A program made the translations under genes and the position numbers. The notes under the pieces are model-generated. The model searched no databases and was not told the DNA's origin. It was given only the letters and a program-made list of their open reading frames with translations. From positions 9,111-73,110 of the forward strand of contig CAMDSC010000006.1 in assembly GCA_945907065.1 (NCBI GenBank): DNA of 64,000 nucleotides, written 5' to 3'. Origin of the DNA: Chitinophaga pinensis. Lineage in GTDB: Bacteria > Bacteroidota > Bacteroidia > NS11-12g > UBA9320. This document shows, in pieces, positions 19,580-28,573 of this stretch (positions are counted from its first letter, which is position 1; the number at the start of each line of letters is the position of its first letter).

Positions 19580-20305
19580 ATGGATAAAGTAAAAATCGGC
19601 ATTGTTGAAGATGATGAAATAATATCTCGTAATATTCAAATCGTTCTTAAAGAACTTGGATATGAAACAACCTTGCCAGCCAATAATTATGAAACTGCTT
19701 TATCAATGATTGCCAACGAGAAGCCTGATTTAGTAATGCTTGATATTCAACTTGATGGCGAAAAAGATGGTATTAATTTGGCTCAAACCATTAATGAATT
19801 ATTTAAGATTCCTTTTATTTTTCTTACATCAAGTACAGATAAAAATACTATAGAACGGGCAAAAAAGGTTTTTCCGCCTGCTTATTTAATAAAACCTTTT
19901 AATAAAGAAGATCTATACAGTGCCATTGAAATATGTCTTTATAATTTTTCAAAAGAAACAAATCCAATGGAATTGACAGATAGTTACAGTAACAAAGATT
20001 CAATATTTATTAAGGATGGTTATTATTTTCATAAAATAAAAACACAAGATATTTATTATTTGGAAAGTGACCATGTTTATGTAAATGTTTATACAGCTCT
20101 AAAAAAAATATGTGTACGGGCTTCCTTAAATGATTATATCGAAAATTTTAGTAAAAATATTTTCTTTAGACCACACAGAAGTTATGCTGTAAATCTTGAT
20201 CACATTGAAACAATAAATTCAGAATTTATTATCATCAAAGGCGATAAAATCCCAATTACTAAAATAAAAAGGGATGAATTACTTGGTATATTAAATATCA
20301 ACTAA
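19580..20305 (+). CDS. LytTR-family two-component response regulator (REC + LytTR DNA-binding domain)
   Basis: REC-domain motifs (IVEDDEI…, LVMLDIQLDG, …K…) and a C-terminal LytTR domain (YYLESDHVYVNVYT…FFRPHRSYAVNLDHI). The track ORF begins at a TTG at 19544, and the first ATG is at 19580 (MDKVKIG). Confidence 0.75.
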   Translation: MDKVKIGIVEDDEIISRNIQIVLKELGYETTLPANNYETALSMIANEKPDLVMLDIQLDGEKDGINLAQTINELFKIPFIFLTSSTDKNTIERAKKVFPPAYLIKPFNKEDLYSAIEICLYNFSKETNPMELTDSYSNKDSIFIKDGYYFHKIKTQDIYYLESDHVYVNVYTALKKICVRASLNDYIENFSKNIFFRPHRSYAVNLDHIETINSEFIIIKGDKIPITKIKRDELLGILNIN

Positions 20306-20436
20306 TTTTAATAATAACATTATTCGCCATTTCAGAACATTTTTTTCGTAATCATTTAATGGGTATTTAATATTGCATTGGTTTTATTTTATTAATTAAA
20401 ATTTTAACCAGTAAGATATGCCTCAATAAGTATAAT

Positions 20437-20460
20437 CCACAGTGTAAACTGTGGTTTATA
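20437..20460 (+). terminator. Stem-loop with a GNRA (GUAA) tetraloop and a U-rich tail
   Basis: ccacagt-gtaa-actgtgg is followed by tttataatatttta, about 130 nt downstream of the response-regulator stop. Confidence 0.3.
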
Positions 20461-20482
20461 ATATTTTATAGTTAGTAGAATT

Positions 20483-20512
20483 AACAGGTCCGGGTGGGAA
20501 TCCGGGCCTGTT
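20483..20512 (+). other. GC-rich 11-bp hairpin (aacaggtccgg-gtgggaat-ccgggcctgtt) in an otherwise AT-rich spacer
   Basis: Read directly from the sequence. There is one G-U wobble on the plus-strand RNA and an A-C mismatch on the minus strand. It lies 40 nt upstream of the thioesterase start. Confidence 0.3.
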
Positions 20513-20552
20513 TCATTTTATAACGTTTATTTTTGCAAAATAAAACAGATCA

Positions 20553-20957
20553 ATGAACAACCTTTTTAAAAAAGGAGATACCAAAGAATATTTTGGAATG
20601 GTTAATGATAGCGACATTGCATCATTTGATTCAGGTAATGTACATCCTGTATTATCAACATTTGCATTAGGGCGCAATGCCGAATGGGTATGTCGTCTTT
20701 TTGTAATTGATATGAAAGAACCAGATGAGGAAGGAATTGGCACTTTTTTAGAAATAGAACACAAAAGTCCTGCTTTTATTGATGAAACTGTTCGTTACAC
20801 AGGGAAGTTTGATGAACTCAATGGAAATAATGTAATTTGTAGCTTTAAAGCGGAAGTGGGGCAAAGGCTTATTGCAACTGGCCGTACTGGACAAAAAATA
20901 ATGAAGAAAGAAAAAATCAATCAAATATTTAACAGCATTCGTGGCGAAGGACAATAA
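20553..20957 (+). CDS. Hotdog-fold thioesterase-family protein (FlK / fluoroacetyl-CoA thioesterase-like)
   Basis: 134 aa. The pattern PVLSTFALGRNAEWVCR…GTFLEIEHKSP…NGNNVICSFKAEVGQRLIATGRTGQKIM parallels the FlK-family hotdog thioesterases. Confidence 0.5.
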   Translation: MNNLFKKGDTKEYFGMVNDSDIASFDSGNVHPVLSTFALGRNAEWVCRLFVIDMKEPDEEGIGTFLEIEHKSPAFIDETVRYTGKFDELNGNNVICSFKAEVGQRLIATGRTGQKIMKKEKINQIFNSIRGEGQ

Positions 20958-21399
20958 ACAAAAAGCAGTTTTAATTAAAAACAAAAAAGCAGCATTCGAG
21001 TATCACTTGGAGGTTAAATTTATAGCGGGTATTATTCTCAAAGGAACCGAGGTAAAATCTATTAGAGCAGGTCATGTAAATATTAGCGATGCCTATTGCA
21101 TACTAGATAATGGTAAAGTTATTATTAAAAATATGCATATTTCAGAGTTTAAAAATGCAGGATATTCGCAACACATTCCTCTTAATGATAGAGTTTTACT
21201 ATTGAGTAAACATGAAATTAAAAAAATTATGGATAAACTAAAAGATAAAGGTTATACACTTATACCTATTGAGTTGTTCTTTTCTGAAAGTGGTTTTGCT
21301 AAAATTCAAATTGCCTTGGCTAAAGGAAAAAAGACCTTTGATAAGCGAGAAGATTTAAAATCAAAAGATATTCAACGCGAACTGGAGCGATTTGAATAA
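20941..21399 (+). CDS. smpB: SsrA-binding protein
   Basis: 152 aa. IKNKKAAFEYHLEVKFIAGIILKGTEVKSIRAG is the canonical SmpB N-terminal region. The ORF overlaps the upstream one by 17 nt. Confidence 0.85.
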   Translation: MAKDNKQKAVLIKNKKAAFEYHLEVKFIAGIILKGTEVKSIRAGHVNISDAYCILDNGKVIIKNMHISEFKNAGYSQHIPLNDRVLLLSKHEIKKIMDKLKDKGYTLIPIELFFSESGFAKIQIALAKGKKTFDKREDLKSKDIQRELERFE

Positions 21400-21472
21400 T
21401 CGATTTTAATTAATAATAACACCTTGTTATTTCAGAATTATTATAAATTTGTTTCCCATTCATTTTAGATTG

Positions 21473-24235
21473 ATGTATAAAAAATTACTTTTAACCTCTT
21501 TAATACTTTTACAAACTATTGGAGCTTTAGCCCAAAAACCAGGCTCTTTAACAGCATTAGAATTTGATGGAACCGATGATTATGTATTAGTTCCTGATAA
21601 TACGGCTTTAAACCCAACGACCAAAATAACAGTAGAAGCTTGGATAAAAGCGGATGCCTTTGCTACCTCAAATTTTGGAAATAGTATTTTCTGTAAACAC
21701 GGTTGGGCTAGTGGAAATAAAGGATATGTATTAAGATGTGGCGATGGAAGAATAAACTTTAATATTTCAAACTCTTCGGGAGCTTGGGTTGAAGCAGTTA
21801 CGGCTTCCATATTAAAAACAGGCGTTTGGTATCATGTAGCAGGTACGTTTAATGGCGATACTATTGCAGTATACATCAATGGAAATTTAGAAGCCACAAC
21901 TCTTTATTCAGGTGTAATGAGTCCATCCACAGGATTAGCTCCAAAAATTGGGGATATGGCCTACACCGCAGGTGGTAGTCGTCTTTTTAAAGGGCAAATA
22001 GATGAAGTAAGGGTTTGGAATAATGCATTAACTAAAGCGACCCTTCGAAACTGGATGTGCAGAAAAGCAACAAAAACACATCCTGATTATAACAACTTAG
22101 CAGGATATTATAAATTGGATGAAGGCACGGGAGTCAATGCAAAAGATAATTCAAGCAACGGAAATACAGCTACATTAATGAATGGACCAAGATGGGTAAA
22201 TTCAGGTGCAGCATTAGGTGATAGCAGTGCTTATGTTTATTCAGGTACTAGTTTTTCGTTACCTACAAAATTTGGAGATATATTTACAGTTAAAAATATT
22301 AATGGGGCTCCAAGTATGGTTCACGCCTATGTTACCTATGATACAACGGTTCAGGCAGCTGCCAAGAATGTTGTAAGTTCCATTGATTCTACCCATTTTT
22401 TTGGAGTGTATTATTCCGATAATTCAGCAGTAACTTTTGATATTAATTATAATATTAAAAATTTAAATACAATTACCGGTTCTAAAAAATGTGGAGTAGA
22501 TATGTTAGTGAAAACAGCCGGCAATACTGGAACCTGGAACAGTGCACCCTCAAAATTGTATGATAATGGGGATAGCCTTGTTTTGAAAAAACAAACCAAA
22601 AATGAATTTGTAATGGCATTATACAAAACCGATAGTACTAAATTATTAACTACCATTACCGGAAAACAATGGTTTTGTGGCGGAGATAGTTTACTTTTAA
22701 TTACCTCAGGAAATGATTCATTTAATTATGTTTGGTATAAAAATGGGGGAGTATTAAATGGTAAATCAAAGAAAACACTTTGGGTTAGTTCTTTAGGAAA
22801 TTATAAGGTTAAATTGACTCGAAGAGGAACCTCATGCAGTTTTACAAGTACCGACATTACAATTACAAGCCGAAGCACAGCAGTTACATGGAGTTACAGC
22901 ATCAACGCTTGTGAAAATAGTGATAGTATAAAGTTAACTCAGGGAACACCTTCCGGTGGCTATTTTAGCGGCAAATGGGTAACATTTAATGGATATTTTC
23001 ATCCTAAACTTGCAGGAGCGGGTACGAGAACAATTTTTTATAATTATGTGGATACTAATAACTGTATTAACAAGGCATCACTAGATGCCACACTTTTGGA
23101 TACTACCAAACTTATATTTACACCACCAGCTCCTTTGTGTACCAATTCTTTACCGGTAAATCTAACGATTGTAACACCAAGTGGCGGAATTTATCAAGGT
23201 AAGGGAGTTACAACCAATAAATTTTATCCTGCAGTTGCTGGTTTGGGAACACACGCTATTACCTATAGTTATACAAAAACCAATAGTTGTAAAAGTAAAG
23301 CTGTATTTAATATTAGTATTAATAAACCCGATAGTATGTCGGTGATAATTAAAGATAAAGGATGTATTTATGACGATCCAATTGCAGTGCACCTTTTTCC
23401 TATAGGTGGAGTGCTTAAGGGAAGCGCAGTTGTAGGTACTATTTTTTATCCTCTATTTGCAAATAAAGGATGGAATTTAGTTTTTTACACGATAACAGAT
23501 TCGCATCAGTGCAATGTGAAAGATTCGGCCAAGATTTATATATCCGAAGCACCAATAGCTAAATTGGAAAAATTTGCAAGTGTATGTGATAATGTTACCG
23601 ACTTTAATTTATCAGGGGGACAGCCCGCTGATAGTGGAAAATATTGGGTTGAAAATGTATTAAGTGCTAAGTTTAGTCCTATTACAAAAGGTAAAGGTTT
23701 ATATAAAATAGATTACAAAGTGGTTAATTATTTTGGGTGTCGCGATTCGGCCAGTAGTTATTTAAGGGTAAATGCTTCACCTTTAAAACCTACAATTACT
23801 ATCACAAAAAATACACTTACTTCCAGTTCACCTAAAGGTAATCAGTGGCTGAATAAAAGTGGACCAATATTAGGTGCTATTCAGCAAGATTATTCCCCTT
23901 TAATTGATGGTTATTATTTTGTGCAAGTTACTAACGATTCCAATTGCAGCGCCAAATCAGATTCAATTCAGTTTGCCAAACTTGGGGTAAATACCATTCA
24001 TAAATCCAATGTTATTATTTCACCAAATCCCTCAAATACTGGAATTTTTAATATAATAGGATTACCAGATCATGCTGAAATAAAGGTAATGGATAGGATT
24101 GGTAAAGAACTTATTTATTTATTTAAACGCGATTTAAATACTATCATTGACTTGACTTCCTTTGGTTCCGGCTCTTTTTTAATAAGCATTAAAAGTGAGG
24201 AGCAATGGTATAATTACAGAGTAGTGGTATTATAA
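21473..24235 (+). CDS. Secreted LamG/concanavalin-A-like lectin-domain protein with four Ig-like repeats and a type IX secretion C-terminal sorting domain
   Basis: Signal peptide MYKKLLLTSLILLQTIGALAQ. The LamG-like region has a WIKADAF…GNS motif. Four ~75-aa internal repeats each begin GG(Y/I/V)… and end …C…I.V. The C-terminus (VIISPNPSNTGIFNI…FLISIKSEEQWYNYRVVVL) is a Por secretion tail. The track ORF starts at a TTG at 21449, and the first ATG is at 21473. Confidence 0.6.
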   Translation: MYKKLLLTSLILLQTIGALAQKPGSLTALEFDGTDDYVLVPDNTALNPTTKITVEAWIKADAFATSNFGNSIFCKHGWASGNKGYVLRCGDGRINFNISNSSGAWVEAVTASILKTGVWYHVAGTFNGDTIAVYINGNLEATTLYSGVMSPSTGLAPKIGDMAYTAGGSRLFKGQIDEVRVWNNALTKATLRNWMCRKATKTHPDYNNLAGYYKLDEGTGVNAKDNSSNGNTATLMNGPRWVNSGAALGDSSAYVYSGTSFSLPTKFGDIFTVKNINGAPSMVHAYVTYDTTVQAAAKNVVSSIDSTHFFGVYYSDNSAVTFDINYNIKNLNTITGSKKCGVDMLVKTAGNTGTWNSAPSKLYDNGDSLVLKKQTKNEFVMALYKTDSTKLLTTITGKQWFCGGDSLLLITSGNDSFNYVWYKNGGVLNGKSKKTLWVSSLGNYKVKLTRRGTSCSFTSTDITITSRSTAVTWSYSINACENSDSIKLTQGTPSGGYFSGKWVTFNGYFHPKLAGAGTRTIFYNYVDTNNCINKASLDATLLDTTKLIFTPPAPLCTNSLPVNLTIVTPSGGIYQGKGVTTNKFYPAVAGLGTHAITYSYTKTNSCKSKAVFNISINKPDSMSVIIKDKGCIYDDPIAVHLFPIGGVLKGSAVVGTIFYPLFANKGWNLVFYTITDSHQCNVKDSAKIYISEAPIAKLEKFASVCDNVTDFNLSGGQPADSGKYWVENVLSAKFSPITKGKGLYKIDYKVVNYFGCRDSASSYLRVNASPLKPTITITKNTLTSSSPKGNQWLNKSGPILGAIQQDYSPLIDGYYFVQVTNDSNCSAKSDSIQFAKLGVNTIHKSNVIISPNPSNTGIFNIIGLPDHAEIKVMDRIGKELIYLFKRDLNTIIDLTSFGSGSFLISIKSEEQWYNYRVVVL

Positions 24236-24321
24236 TTTAGGATTTCTCATTCTTCTAAATGGTAAAAATTATAAGATTGTAATGCTAACGCTAGAAGGTA
24301 TCTTTTACATTTGTCTTTTAT

Positions 24322-25254
24322 TTATTTTATAATTTTAAAGGTCCAAGCTACAATCCGGCTTATTTTATTTCCCTGTCCCATTTCAATGGTTTTAACTTCT
24401 GTTGCTTCCACTTTTTTAAGTTCATAATATACCTGTTTTAGATTCGATTCCTTGGATATTAAAGTAGAAAACCACAAACACGATTCGGCAAATTGTTTAC
24501 TTTCCTTAATCATATTACCAACAAATGCAGCTTCGCCACCTTCAACCCACAATTCACTGTTTTGGCCACCAAAGTTAAGAACTGGAGTTTTGATTTTCTT
24601 TTGTTTTAAATTTCTTAACTTTCGCAATGTTCCTGCCTGAGCCTCGGCTAATGAGGCGTGAAACGGAGGATTGCAAATGGTTAAATCAAATCGTTCATTG
24701 CTTTGAATAATACCTTCAAAAAAATGCTTCGGATTATTTTGCAACCGTATTTCAATCCTTCCTTTTAATTCAGGATTTAAATCAATTAATGATTTGGCAG
24801 AATCCACAGCAATGGAATCTATCTCCGAACCTATAAAATTCCAGCCATATTCTTTAACTCCAATAATTGGATAGATGCAATTGGCACCCACTCCAATATC
24901 CAAAACTTTTATGGCTGAACCAGTAGGTATTTTTCCACCATTGCTTTTGCCTAACACATCGGCTATATGATGAATATAATCGGCTCTTCCCGGTATTGGT
25001 GGACACAAATATCCTTTCGGAATATCCCAATGAGTTATTTCGTAATACTGTTTCAACAGCGCTTTGTTCAGCATTTTTACAGCTTCCGGATTAAAAAAAT
25101 CGATAGATTCATCATCGTATTTATTCAAGGCTACATACTGCGCCAAATCTGGACAAGCTTCACACAATAGTTTAAAATCATACCTCTCGCGATGTTTATT
25201 GCTGGGGTGCAATGTGGTTTTTATGAGAGGATGTTCTTTTTTGATAAAGGGCAT
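24322..25254 (-). CDS. rlmF: 23S rRNA (adenine1618-N6)-methyltransferase
   Basis: The N-terminus …HPLIKTTLHPSNKHRERYDFKLLCEACPDLAQYV… is typical of RlmF/YbiN, and the Rossmann SAM motif VLDIGVGANCIYP is present. Confidence 0.75.
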   Translation of the reverse strand: MPFIKKEHPLIKTTLHPSNKHRERYDFKLLCEACPDLAQYVALNKYDDESIDFFNPEAVKMLNKALLKQYYEITHWDIPKGYLCPPIPGRADYIHHIADVLGKSNGGKIPTGSAIKVLDIGVGANCIYPIIGVKEYGWNFIGSEIDSIAVDSAKSLIDLNPELKGRIEIRLQNNPKHFFEGIIQSNERFDLTICNPPFHASLAEAQAGTLRKLRNLKQKKIKTPVLNFGGQNSELWVEGGEAAFVGNMIKESKQFAESCLWFSTLISKESNLKQVYYELKKVEATEVKTIEMGQGNKISRIVAWTFKIIK

Positions 25255-25332
25255 TGATACGAAGGATTAACTTTTTGCATCTTGGCTATTTATTCTTAAA
25301 AAGAAAGCCACTAAGGTGCCTATAGGTAGTTT

Positions 25333-25605
25333 TTATTGGTTAATACTATTAACTACTCTAACTGGTACAATTTCGATTTTCATATATGGGTAATAAGGTA
25401 AAGTTGAAAGTTTGGAATGTACATCCTCAGAATCAGTTGCCATCATTACAATGTAAATTCCTGACATATCAAGTTTAATGAAGTTATTTACGATAGACCC
25501 ATTTTGTTCCAACTCTTTTACTGCCTCCTGTTCGTTAGGTAGCAGTTTCATTCTTGTTTCGTTGTCCAATCCTTCTAACAGGATATTTATCATGAATTTT
25601 TTCAT
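25333..25605 (-). CDS. Muconolactone delta-isomerase-family small protein
   Basis: 90 aa. The C-terminal LPYYPYMKIEIVPV matches the MIase motif LPLFPYMDIEV, and the N-terminal pattern is ferredoxin-like. Confidence 0.5.
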   Translation of the reverse strand: MKKFMINILLEGLDNETRMKLLPNEQEAVKELEQNGSIVNNFIKLDMSGIYIVMMATDSEDVHSKLSTLPYYPYMKIEIVPVRVVNSINQ

Positions 25606-25841
25606 TTTTTAGTTTATTGTTTTTTACTAAAGTTTAAAATATGGTTTTTTTTAAAAAATTATAGTCACAATAATATTAGGTATTACTTATTTATTTGTAA
25701 TCCTAAATTGCATAGTCCACTTCCTAGGTTGTTTAAATAAATAGGAATAATAATTATAAAGCTATTACCTCTTGCAAGTAACACAATAAAATTGTTGTAA
25801 AAAAACGATAATCCTTTATTTTTGGAATTTTTATTACTGCA

Positions 25842-26123
25842 ATGGAAAAGGATTTGGAAATATTAAACAATACCGAAAAACTAAGGTTTGAAACCAAGCT
25901 GGGCAAAGAACTTGCCATTATTGACTACCGCTGGAATAACGGCGATATGGTGTTGATGCACACCTTTGTGCCGCCCGAAGGACAAGGCAAAGGCATTGCT
26001 GCTAAAATGGCCAAGCATGCATTAAATTATGTAAAGGAAAATAACCTTAAGGCCAAGCTTTATTGCCCTTATATGATTGGATATGTAGAACGCAATCCTG
26101 AGTATAAAAAAATCATTCGGTAG
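25842..26123 (+). CDS. Small GNAT-like N-acetyltransferase (Acetyltransf_CG / YjdC-like)
   Basis: 93 aa, with the pattern …MVLMHTFVPPEGQGKGIAAKMAKHALNYVKEN…. Confidence 0.5.
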   Translation: MEKDLEILNNTEKLRFETKLGKELAIIDYRWNNGDMVLMHTFVPPEGQGKGIAAKMAKHALNYVKENNLKAKLYCPYMIGYVERNPEYKKIIR

Positions 26124-26799
26124 CTGCCTGTTGGACTGCTTCCTTAACCAGCATTGCCTTAAATTCTTTCATAAATTTTAAACCACGCGGCACATAATAT
26201 CGGTTGTGGGTTCTTGGCGGACCTAGCTTTGGATAGGGTTTTCCGGTATTGTGCAAATGAAAAGCGTCTTTATATTTCTTTTTGTCCAGATATTTTCCGT
26301 AGGCATTTTTTACCCATTGGGTGCCGTGGTAAATTGCTTTTTTGCCTCGCATATCTTTTAGTTTTATGCCAAGGTAAAAACATTGATAGCCCATTAATTG
26401 AAACGGCCCCCACGATGAAGCTAAATTTTTTAAAGCATCATCATTACTAGTAGCAATATCATTGGTAGTTATTCCTTCAAAATTAGGAAGTTCGCCATCC
26501 CTCACTTGTTGCAGTTTAAGAAAAATATGCGGCTCAAATCGGCTGGGAACTTCTTTCGCTCCGCTACATTCTAAAGCAATCAGTGCCAAAAGGTATTCAG
26601 GCGAAACCTGCATTTCTTCACTCACTTTTTTTACATCTTCGCTGTAGTTTAGCCAAGTGCGTTCGGCCGCGGTAAGGCTGGCATCGCTGTGGTCATACAA
26701 GTATTTGTTATATTGTCTTTGGGCAAAAAATACCAAAGTCACCAAAGCGATTATTATTAGAAACCACCTTAAAAATCTATTTTTTTTGCGCTTTACCAA
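26113..26799 (-). CDS. Membrane-anchored lytic-transglycosylase-like (SLT-domain) protein
   Basis: An N-terminal transmembrane helix, the ALIALECSG motif (catalytic Glu context) and GPFQLMGYQ (an SLT G-MQ-like motif). Confidence 0.4.
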   Translation of the reverse strand: MVKRKKNRFLRWFLIIIALVTLVFFAQRQYNKYLYDHSDASLTAAERTWLNYSEDVKKVSEEMQVSPEYLLALIALECSGAKEVPSRFEPHIFLKLQQVRDGELPNFEGITTNDIATSNDDALKNLASSWGPFQLMGYQCFYLGIKLKDMRGKKAIYHGTQWVKNAYGKYLDKKKYKDAFHLHNTGKPYPKLGPPRTHNRYYVPRGLKFMKEFKAMLVKEAVQQAATE

Positions 26800-28485
26800 T
26801 TACTCTAAAAGTCGTCTAAGAATTTTTCCAACATTAGATTTTGGTAATTCATCTCTAAACTGAATGTGCTTAGGAACTTTGTAAGGAGTAAGTTTGTCCT
26901 TTAAAAAATCACGAATGGATTGTTCTGTTAAGTTTGGGTCTTTTTTTACGATAAAAGCACTTACGGCTTCAGTAGTTTTTTCATCAGGAACACCTCTCAC
27001 ACCCACTTCTAATACACCTGGATGCTCAGCAATAGTTTTTTCAATTTCGTTTGGAAAAACATTAAAGCCTGATACAACAACCATTTCTTTTTTGCGGTCG
27101 ATAATACGTGTAAAACCATCTTTGTCCATCACGCCAATATCTCCTGTTAAGAAATAATCACCATTAAAAACTTTGGCCGTTTCATCGGGATGTTGCCAAT
27201 AGCCGGGCATTACCTGAGGTCCTTTTATTGCTATTTCACCCGGTTCTCCAAAAGGAACTTCTTGGCCGTTATCATCAAAAAATTTAAAAATAGTGGAGGA
27301 TAGAGGAAGCCCGATAGTACCTATGCGGTGTGAGCCATCAATAGGATTTACGCTAGCCCCTGGCGAAGTTTCCGATAATCCGTAGGCTTCAATTATTGGC
27401 TTTCCTGTAGCCTCTTTCCAGCGTTTGGCTACAACATCCTGCAAGGCCATTCCACCAGCTAATGCTAATTTCAACCCACTAAAATCAACGGTTTTAAAAT
27501 CAGGATGGTTCATCATTAAGTTATAAAGGGTATTCACACCAGTAATGAATGAAAATTTCTCTTTTCTCAATTCTGCTAAATAAGCTTTCATATCACGAGG
27601 GTTAGTTATCAATTTATTTTTAGCACCCAAATGAATGCTTAAAATACAATTGGCTGTGAGTGAAAAAATATGATACATAGGCAAAGCTGTAATTACAACC
27701 TCTTTGCCCAATGTGAATAATGAACCTACCCAAGCATCTACCTGAGCCATATTGGCGCATATATTTCCATGGGTAAGAGTTACTCCTTTGGGAACTCCGG
27801 TGGTTCCTCCGGTATATTGCAAAAAAGCAACATCAGATAGTTTGTAATTTATAGCTGAGGGTTTATTTTTAATATGTATTGTATCGCCAAAAGGTATGGC
27901 TTTGGGCAAAGAATAGGAGGGAACCAGTTTTTTTATTTTTCTAACTACAAAATTTACAATGGTTCCTTTAATCATTCCTAACATATCTCCAAGTGAGGCA
28001 AGGATAACCGTTTCAACTGGAGTTTCACTAACTATTTTTTCAAGATTGAAGCCAAAGTTTTCAAGTATTAATAACGCTTTTACATCCAAATCTGTAAACT
28101 GATGTTTCATTTCATCGGAAGTGTAAAGTGGGTTTACATTTACTACAATCATTCCCGCCTTTAAGATTCCAAAAACAGCTATCGGAAATTGTATAATATT
28201 TGGTAATTGAATTGCAACTCTATCACCTGCCTTAAGGTTTGTTTTATTTTGCAGCCACCAAGCAAATGCATCTGAATATTCACCCAATTGCTTATAAGTA
28301 ATTGATTTACCCATATTTTCGATAGCCGGCAAATTGCTATAATCAATTACAGCCTTATCTAAAATATCAATTAATGAGGAATATTTCTTTTCATCGATAG
28401 TGTGTGATACAAATTTTGGATAGCTTTTTAGCCAAGGATATTCTTGTTCCATAGTGTGTGATTCGTTTTTATTTAATTTATCCAA
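26800..28485 (-). CDS. fadD: Long-chain-fatty-acid--CoA ligase
   Basis: Near-collinear similarity to E. coli FadD throughout (WLKSYP…, AMP-binding YTGGTTGVPKGV, …GYGLSETSP…, C-terminal KSNVGKILRRLL). The true start may be the internal Met (MEQEYPWL), 33 nt downstream. Confidence 0.85.
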   Translation of the reverse strand: MDKLNKNESHTMEQEYPWLKSYPKFVSHTIDEKKYSSLIDILDKAVIDYSNLPAIENMGKSITYKQLGEYSDAFAWWLQNKTNLKAGDRVAIQLPNIIQFPIAVFGILKAGMIVVNVNPLYTSDEMKHQFTDLDVKALLILENFGFNLEKIVSETPVETVILASLGDMLGMIKGTIVNFVVRKIKKLVPSYSLPKAIPFGDTIHIKNKPSAINYKLSDVAFLQYTGGTTGVPKGVTLTHGNICANMAQVDAWVGSLFTLGKEVVITALPMYHIFSLTANCILSIHLGAKNKLITNPRDMKAYLAELRKEKFSFITGVNTLYNLMMNHPDFKTVDFSGLKLALAGGMALQDVVAKRWKEATGKPIIEAYGLSETSPGASVNPIDGSHRIGTIGLPLSSTIFKFFDDNGQEVPFGEPGEIAIKGPQVMPGYWQHPDETAKVFNGDYFLTGDIGVMDKDGFTRIIDRKKEMVVVSGFNVFPNEIEKTIAEHPGVLEVGVRGVPDEKTTEAVSAFIVKKDPNLTEQSIRDFLKDKLTPYKVPKHIQFRDELPKSNVGKILRRLLE

Positions 28486-28573
28486 ACCAAATCTATTTTA
28501 ATCACAATCACAAATTAATAATTCAAAAACTGTAAAATTGTAGCTATAATATTATTTAAAAAATTATTGAGCG

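Noticed and set aside
20306-20552. Looked for a tmRNA (ssrA) next to smpB
   Set aside because: The spacer is only ~250 nt and mostly AT-rich. I could not find a tRNA-like acceptor/T-arm, a resume codon or an ANDENYALAA-type tag frame. The hairpins there are reported as generic structures instead.
20513-20984. Minus-strand ORFs of 83 and 78 aa overlapping the thioesterase and smpB genes
   Set aside because: They are antisense to two recognisable plus-strand genes and have no motif.
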